A stretch of DNA of 47,747 bases from a virus. Position 1 is the first letter of the stretch. Every line of letters begins with the position of its first letter. Under the pieces are notes generated by a model, which was given only the letters and a program-made list of their open reading frames with translations, was not told where the DNA came from and searched no databases. Positions 42,917 to 47,747 of this stretch are shown piece by piece. The stretch spans positions 1 to 47,747 of IMG/VR virus record IMGVR_UViG_3300048917_000249. The stretch is one strand, 5' to 3'. Both the position numbers and the translations under genes were made by a program.

Positions 42917-43364
42917 TATCCGCATGGGCGAGTCCAAGGATGCGGCGATGGTCGCCGAATTCCTCGGGCATTTCTTCGAGCTGTCGAAGTGGTCGGAGTT
43001 CCTGAAGTATCACCAGGAGCGGACCAGGGTGTACCTGCAAGCCGCGATCGGCACTCAGTTCGCCATGTACGTCCTGGCGATGGACGGCGAGGAAATGGTG
43101 GGTGTCTGTTCCTACCATGTGTTCGGTGTGTTCTCTGAACCAATGGCGGTGATGGACGAGACTTACACTATACCAAAGTATCGCCGCACTGACCTTGGGC
43201 GCAGGTTGATCGAAACCGTCATCACGCTGGCCCGCGCCGATGGCTGCAAGGTGATGAATTTTCCCATCTGCTCGGGGATGAAGGAGCAGAACTCCCTCAT
43301 GAACATGATCGGCCGGCACTTCGGCGCCGAGCCGGTCGGCATGATCTTCAGAAAGAAACTCTGA
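42861..43364 (+). CDS. GNAT-family N-acetyltransferase
   Basis: VMDETYTIPKYRRTDLGRRLIETVITLARADGCKVM is GNAT motif A-like. The start is 42855, 42861 or 42810. Confidence 0.65.
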   Translation: MAVTELKKPKRTVRTPHINIRMGESKDAAMVAEFLGHFFELSKWSEFLKYHQERTRVYLQAAIGTQFAMYVLAMDGEEMVGVCSYHVFGVFSEPMAVMDETYTIPKYRRTDLGRRLIETVITLARADGCKVMNFPICSGMKEQNSLMNMIGRHFGAEPVGMIFRKKL

Positions 43365-43365
43365 T

Positions 43366-43389
43366 ATGACAGTCAACGGACAGGTGTGA
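43366..43389 (+). other. 7-codon mini-ORF (MTVNGQV*) ending in the conserved stop-start cassette
   Basis: Read directly: atg aca gtc aac gga cag gtg tga, then c, then ATG 43391. Confidence 0.35.
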
Positions 43390-43390
43390 C

Positions 43391-43684
43391 ATGGGCGGCA
43401 AAGGCAGAAGCAATCAGCAGATGCAGACGGAAACCGCCCCACCGCCGCCGGCGCCTGACGTGCCACTGCCAGCTGCACCTGAAGCGCCGCCGCCACCGCC
43501 GCCACCGCCGCCACCGCCACCACCAGACGTGCCGCCACCGGCGGCACCGCCGCCTGACATTACGCCGATCTCGCCAGGCGAGGCGATAAGCCAGGTGGAA
43601 GTGACAAAGGATCCCACGAAAACAACCGGCGACTTGCTGGCGCAATCCGTTGCGGATCCCACCAACCTAACCGGGCAGGTGTGA
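43391..43684 (+). CDS. small MGGK-initiated protein 1, poly-proline (97 aa)
   Basis: Starts MGGKGRS and ends TGQV*. Contains 13 consecutive Pro codons. Confidence 0.7.
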   Translation: MGGKGRSNQQMQTETAPPPPAPDVPLPAAPEAPPPPPPPPPPPPPDVPPPAAPPPDITPISPGEAISQVEVTKDPTKTTGDLLAQSVADPTNLTGQV

Positions 43685-43685
43685 C

Positions 43686-44024
43686 ATGGGCGGCAAGGGC
43701 GGCGGCGGCGGCAACTACTACCAGCAACCCGTCGACAAGTCGGGCAATTCCACGCTGGAGGAAGCGACCAAGACGCTCGCCAACACGGCGCCGGTCGACA
43801 TGTCCAAGATCCAGTCGAACATCGACGTCAAGAAAGCCGCCGCGGCCGCGACCGCGAAGCCGCAGGATACCGTAACCAGTGTTACCGCACCGGCCGAAGG
43901 CGTGTCCGGCACCGAAACCACCAAAGACACCACCGGAGACGTCGCCAAGAAGGCTGTACTGACGCCGCCGAAGTTCTGGGAAGATTACGCAAAAGATCCC
44001 AATACAACAAACACACAGGTGTGA
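43686..44024 (+). CDS. small MGGK-initiated protein 2 (112 aa)
   Basis: Starts MGGKGGG and ends NTQV*. The junction is identical to the other two. Confidence 0.7.
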   Translation: MGGKGGGGGNYYQQPVDKSGNSTLEEATKTLANTAPVDMSKIQSNIDVKKAAAAATAKPQDTVTSVTAPAEGVSGTETTKDTTGDVAKKAVLTPPKFWEDYAKDPNTTNTQV

Positions 44025-44025
44025 C

Positions 44026-44670
44026 ATGGGTGGCAAAAGCGGACCATCAAATAACCAAGCCGTGCAGCTGCAGATGCAGCAGGCGCAGGAAGCCAGGGAC
44101 AAGGAGAACGCGCGCCAGGCCCGGCTCAACCAGGGCAAGACCGCGATCGATAACATCTTTGGTAACGACAACTTCGGCGATCCGTTCTACGACAAGTATA
44201 AGAACGCCGAGCTGGACTACACGCTGCCGCAGCTGAGTACCCAGTACACCGAAGCGAAACGTAACGCCGAGAATGACCTGGCTCGAGCTGGTCTGCTGCG
44301 ATCAGGCGCTGCCGGCTTCGTGCAGAACAAGCTGACCCAGCAGCAGGGCGTCAATGAAGCAGGGCTCCGCGCCAAGGCCGACACTGATACAGCGGCGTTG
44401 CGACAGAGCATCGCCGCCCAACAGCAGCAAGCCTACAACCAGCTGTACGCCACCGAAGACCCGACCGTCGCTGCCAACACGGCCGCTAACTCGGCCGCCA
44501 ATGCCCAGCTGCAACAGCCGAACGTCAGCGCGTTAGGTGATATGTTCAAGCCGATCGCGATCGGCCTGGGCTCGGCGATCGCACCAACGTATGGGCAGTC
44601 TGAAGCCAACCGTCAGCTCGCTGCCGCCAGCGGCCGCGGCCAGGGCAACATAACTACGACGCAGGGTTAA
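44026..44670 (+). CDS. MGGK-initiated protein 3, Gln/Ala-rich (214 aa)
   Basis: Starts MGGKSGP. The sequence has an internal-protein-like composition. Confidence 0.75.
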   Translation: MGGKSGPSNNQAVQLQMQQAQEARDKENARQARLNQGKTAIDNIFGNDNFGDPFYDKYKNAELDYTLPQLSTQYTEAKRNAENDLARAGLLRSGAAGFVQNKLTQQQGVNEAGLRAKADTDTAALRQSIAAQQQQAYNQLYATEDPTVAANTAANSAANAQLQQPNVSALGDMFKPIAIGLGSAIAPTYGQSEANRQLAAASGRGQGNITTTQG

Positions 44671-44674
44671 GCTT

Positions 44675-45370
44675 ATGTGCGACCCGATCTCGATCATTGG
44701 CTTAGGCTTCTCGATCGGCATGCAGATGTACAACATGCAGCAGCAAGCCGACATGGCGAGCCAGCAGCAGTCTGCCAATGATCAATGGGTCGCCTACCAG
44801 CGCAAGCAGTCGCAGGACTTCCAGGCCCGCGACGAGAGCCTGCGCCAGAACGCCGAGGCGGCGCGGCATGGCTCGCTTGATGAGCTCAGCGCCGCCAACC
44901 AAACGATAGCGCAAGGCAAGGAAGCCGACCGGCTGACGACATCGTTGACGCCGGAAGACATTGCCAAGCAGGCGGCTGGTGATCCGAATGCGCTCGCCAG
45001 CGCGATGTTTTCGGGCCAGCAGGGCGGCTCGCAGGAGATGCAGACCCAGATCCAGGGCAGCATCCAGCAGGCCGCGGTCGAGGCCCGCAAGCGCATTGCC
45101 GCGCTCGCCAACGTGCAGTCCTACGGCGGCTCGCAGTACGGTCTGACCAACCGCGCCAACACCATCTTCAATGCTGCAGGGCAGGACATCCGCCTGGCCG
45201 GCAACGAACGCGCCGGCGACCTGTCGGCCTACAATATCGCCAAGGCGGTCGAACCCATTCACATCGCGCAGTACAGTGGCGGTTCGGCTGGCGGCCTGGC
45301 GACCGCCGGCGCCCAGTTCACAGGCCAGCGGCTCGGCAACACGCTGGCATCGAGCATGGGGAGCGCCTGA
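44675..45370 (+). CDS. internal virion protein with a hydrophobic N-terminus (231 aa)
   Basis: N-terminus MCDPISIIGLGFSIGMQMY, with Gln/Ala-rich sequence after it. Confidence 0.7.
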   Translation: MCDPISIIGLGFSIGMQMYNMQQQADMASQQQSANDQWVAYQRKQSQDFQARDESLRQNAEAARHGSLDELSAANQTIAQGKEADRLTTSLTPEDIAKQAAGDPNALASAMFSGQQGGSQEMQTQIQGSIQQAAVEARKRIAALANVQSYGGSQYGLTNRANTIFNAAGQDIRLAGNERAGDLSAYNIAKAVEPIHIAQYSGGSAGGLATAGAQFTGQRLGNTLASSMGSA

Positions 45371-47163
45371 TGGCCTCGGATTTCCTGCGGTTCCAGCAAG
45401 ATCCTTCGCTGGGTAATGCGTTAACCGGCATCGTCTCCGACATCGCCGCCGCGCCCGGCAAGGCGTTGAGCAACACCCATACGGTCGAGGAAATCCTGGC
45501 GCTGCGCGCCAAGCAGAAGCGCGACCAGGCGGAATTCGACGCCAACACCGCCGCCGGCAACGCTACAGCTGCTGCCTTAGCCGGCGTCGGGCCGCCGTTG
45601 AGCACGCGCGATGTTCAGTTTCAACCGCAAGGGCCGGTTAATCCGGCCGATCCGGTCGACCCCAATGCCGTGAAGCTCGGCGACCAGATGGTGCTGCCAT
45701 CATATGCGTCGACCGAGCAGTACATCGACCCGAAGGTGGCCGAACGGTACAAGCGCGAGCTGCCGATGTTTCAGGGTATCGCCAAGGCGGAAGCCTACAA
45801 GAATCCAGGCGGCGTTCCCGGCATCTATTCCAGGGCTTCTATCGGCCTGGGTGGCGCCCCGACCGATCCGGCCGAGATGCAGCGGCTGTCCGGCATCACC
45901 ACCGGCACGGTCACGCCACTCAAGGGCGAGCCCTACGTCGCCGTGTCACCGGACGGCAAGACCCAAATGGTCCTCGGCATGTCCCCGGATGGCGGTGTCC
46001 ACGACATGCAAGGCCGGCTCATGAAAGACATCGCGCCACAAGGCACCGTCCCTGTGCAGGCCAGTAACGTAAATGTCGGGGCTAAGCCGCACTCGATATT
46101 CGAGAACGAAGGCACTCGAATGGCGGCGATCACGGACGCCAACAATGCCGTCCTCGCTGGCAAGCCGCCCAATCCAGCAGACACCCGTAACATATCGATC
46201 GCGATCCGCCAGCAGTACCCGGAGATCAATAAGCTGATGCCCGACGCCGTCGGCAACACCACGGAATTCCGCAACTACGTCGAGAGGGAAGCACCGCCAG
46301 AAATGCAGCCGATCCTGCGGCACATCTACAATACGCTGCCGGAATTCAAACAGCCGCAGGCGGCGGCCGCGGTGCCGGGCGCTGATCCGTCGACTGCGGG
46401 CGCCGTGGTGCAGCAGGCGACCCCGACCCTGCCGGGGATGCGGCCGGCCACCGGCCCGCAGCCGAACATCCTCGTCAATCAGCCGGCCAGTCAGTACCAG
46501 AATCATCTGGGCTTTGCGGTTCAGCGCGCCGACACCGAGCGCCAGCACATCGTGTCGATGATCTTCAACGGCCAGCCAATACCGCCGTCGGGGATGCTGC
46601 CGAAGGATGCCTACCTGCCGGACTGGAAGGCGGCGCTGATCGCCGAGAACCACCCCGATGGGCTCATCAGCAGACAGCTGATGAACGCGGTCGACCCCAA
46701 AGCGCAGGAATATTACGCCGCGGCCAAAGCCTGGATCGAGCCGGTGCTGCGGCTGGCCTCGGGCGCCGCGATCCGAACCGAAGAATACAAAGACTACATG
46801 TACATGTTCATCCCGATGACCGGCGACAGTCAGCAGCTGGTCGCGCAGAAGCTCAACCGCATGCGGGAATGGCAAGAAGCGACCGGCGGCAACGCCACCG
46901 CCAACCAGGCCACCGCCACCTTGATTGCCAAGGCTAATGCGAACAAAGACCCTGAGATGGCCCGCCTGGCCAGCATGATGCAGATCAGGGCCAGGGAAGC
47001 CAAAACCGCCGACATCCCGGCAACCCAATTGCCGGCGGTCGCGCCAAAGGCGCCGGGTGCTCCGGGTGCTACAGGTGCCAACGTACCGAACCCAGCCGCG
47101 GTGCAATCGCTCATGAACACGATCCGGGGCAGCGGTGGCGGTGCAGAAACAGGAGGACTGTAA
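45370..47163 (+). CDS. large internal virion (ejection) protein (597 aa)
   Basis: ATG overlaps the upstream TGA. Position fits an internal protein, but no motif was recognised. Confidence 0.75.
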   Translation: MASDFLRFQQDPSLGNALTGIVSDIAAAPGKALSNTHTVEEILALRAKQKRDQAEFDANTAAGNATAAALAGVGPPLSTRDVQFQPQGPVNPADPVDPNAVKLGDQMVLPSYASTEQYIDPKVAERYKRELPMFQGIAKAEAYKNPGGVPGIYSRASIGLGGAPTDPAEMQRLSGITTGTVTPLKGEPYVAVSPDGKTQMVLGMSPDGGVHDMQGRLMKDIAPQGTVPVQASNVNVGAKPHSIFENEGTRMAAITDANNAVLAGKPPNPADTRNISIAIRQQYPEINKLMPDAVGNTTEFRNYVEREAPPEMQPILRHIYNTLPEFKQPQAAAAVPGADPSTAGAVVQQATPTLPGMRPATGPQPNILVNQPASQYQNHLGFAVQRADTERQHIVSMIFNGQPIPPSGMLPKDAYLPDWKAALIAENHPDGLISRQLMNAVDPKAQEYYAAAKAWIEPVLRLASGAAIRTEEYKDYMYMFIPMTGDSQQLVAQKLNRMREWQEATGGNATANQATATLIAKANANKDPEMARLASMMQIRAREAKTADIPATQLPAVAPKAPGAPGATGANVPNPAAVQSLMNTIRGSGGGAETGGL

Positions 47164-47747
47164 ATGGCCGAGCAGCCTCCGTTGTCGCGCGAAGAACTGA
47201 CCAACTACCTGGGGAAGGCCACCCCGGGTTCGCAGGAATATGTCACCGCCAAACAGCTGCTCGACGCCATGCCGCCGGCGCCCGGTACGCCTGGCGCCCC
47301 GTCGCCGCCAACCTACAGCAGCGAGACTGGCATCAAGCCGTTTGGGCCGCCGGACATCAACTACCAGGCGCCGGTCGCAGACGTCCGCAGTTCGCTGGCA
47401 CCGCTGCCGGAAGCCGATCGCACCGCCGGTCTGAACAAGTGGGCCGACATCCAGGAGCAGCAGCAGAACGCCCAAGGTGGGCCACTGCGTAAGCTCGGCG
47501 ATATCACCCGCAGTATTGTTCAGGGCACTCCGGCCGGCAACTGGCCCGATCGCGCCAACGCCTACGTCAGCTCCAAGCTGCCGGAATCCTATGGCGGCCG
47601 ACCCTACGATGAGGCGCTGGCCCTGCAGCAGGCGCGCAACCGCCGCAACCTGGCAGAGCACCCGGCCGAGACGCCGATACTCAACACCGTCGGTGCTGTC
47701 GCCACCGCGCCGCTCACCGCGCTGCGCGGCCTCGGCATTGGCTCGCT
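47164..47747 (+). CDS. N-terminal part of the wrap-around internal virion protein (continues at base 128 and ends 1679; 711 codons in total)
   Basis: TAAATG junction at 47161-47166. Hand translation MAEQPPLSREELTNYLGK... runs without a stop to the window end. Confidence 0.8.
   Translation, partial: MAEQPPLSREELTNYLGKATPGSQEYVTAKQLLDAMPPAPGTPGAPSPPTYSSETGIKPFGPPDINYQAPVADVRSSLAPLPEADRTAGLNKWADIQEQQQNAQGGPLRKLGDITRSIVQGTPAGNWPDRANAYVSSKLPESYGGRPYDEALALQQARNRRNLAEHPAETPILNTVGAVATAPLTALRGLGIGS

Noticed and set aside
43381-43393. prfB-type programmed +1 frameshift at CAG GUG UGA C (SD-like AGGUG plus the weak UGA-C stop), which would fuse successive MGGK cistrons
   Set aside because: P-site tRNA-Val on GUG cannot re-pair in the +1 frame (UGU), and the SD-like element overlaps the P-site codon instead of lying upstream of it. 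Each downstream ORF has its own ATG 1 nt after the stop, so termination-reinitiation coupling is the simpler reading. Fusion products are not formally excluded.
43391-43411. The eukaryote-type N-myristoylation consensus taken literally
   Set aside because: Bacteria lack NMT, and the PROSITE-style consensus is only partly satisfied. It is used only as an analogy motivating the GNAT hypothesis, not as evidence.
45946-47661. 571-aa minus-strand ORF, with similar long antisense ORFs at 25763..27025, 38204..39196, 2695..3885, 3111..4001, 35532..36173 and 8383..8967
   Set aside because: All lie antisense to convincing motif-bearing or operon-embedded genes. They are Arg/Gly/Ala-rich in the way expected for stop-poor alternative frames of GC-rich DNA, and they lack RBS or start context.

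Overview
The window is a complete, circularly closed, visibly GC-rich dsDNA tailed-phage genome. It looks podovirus-like, since no tape-measure, sheath or tube genes are seen. Bases 1-127 repeat exactly at 47621-47747, so the unique unit is 47,620 bp. One virion gene (ATG 47164 to stop 1679) is split by the linearisation point. Layout: (i) 4659-8154, a minus-strand early/accessory block with a small HTH protein, an HNH endonuclease, a MazG-like protein, and a promoter- and terminator-bounded moron encoding a signal-peptide protein with a PEP-CTERM-like anchor. (ii) 8229-10376, a plus-strand block behind a back-to-back promoter pair, with a Cro-like HTH protein and two DNA-methyltransferase-like genes. 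(iii) 10381-19908, the replication module: SNF2 helicase, family-A DNA polymerase, Cas4-like PD-(D/E)XK nuclease, VRR-NUC and primase-helicase, ending in a repeat-dense ori-like spacer at 19909-20141. (iv) 20142-24406, an AT-richer accessory block with a conserved hairpin repeat pair and a ~350-bp non-coding repeat region. (v) 24462-32647, a tail-fibre cluster with four fibre-like genes (one collagen-like) plus small membrane and lipoprotein genes. (vi) 32694 through the origin to 4623, the packaging/head/ejection operon: TerL, portal, scaffold, major capsid, an Acb2-like small gene, adaptor/nozzle candidates, two GNAT-fold genes, three small genes that all begin MGGK and are joined by an identical stop-start cassette, and four large internal proteins, the last carrying peptidase and lysozyme domains. 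No integrase, RNA polymerase, tRNA, CRISPR array, reverse transcriptase or stand-alone endolysin was recognised. The best leads are: the GNAT pair with the reiterated MGGK cassette (possible N-terminal modification of ejection proteins); the exosortase-substrate-like moron; the ori-like spacer with phased GTTC and TACCCTC repeats; the 3 x ~40-bp repeat region; the hairpin repeats flanking a single-gene cassette; and the Acb2-like gene after the capsid gene. All functional calls come from motif recognition by eye, and no database search was possible.
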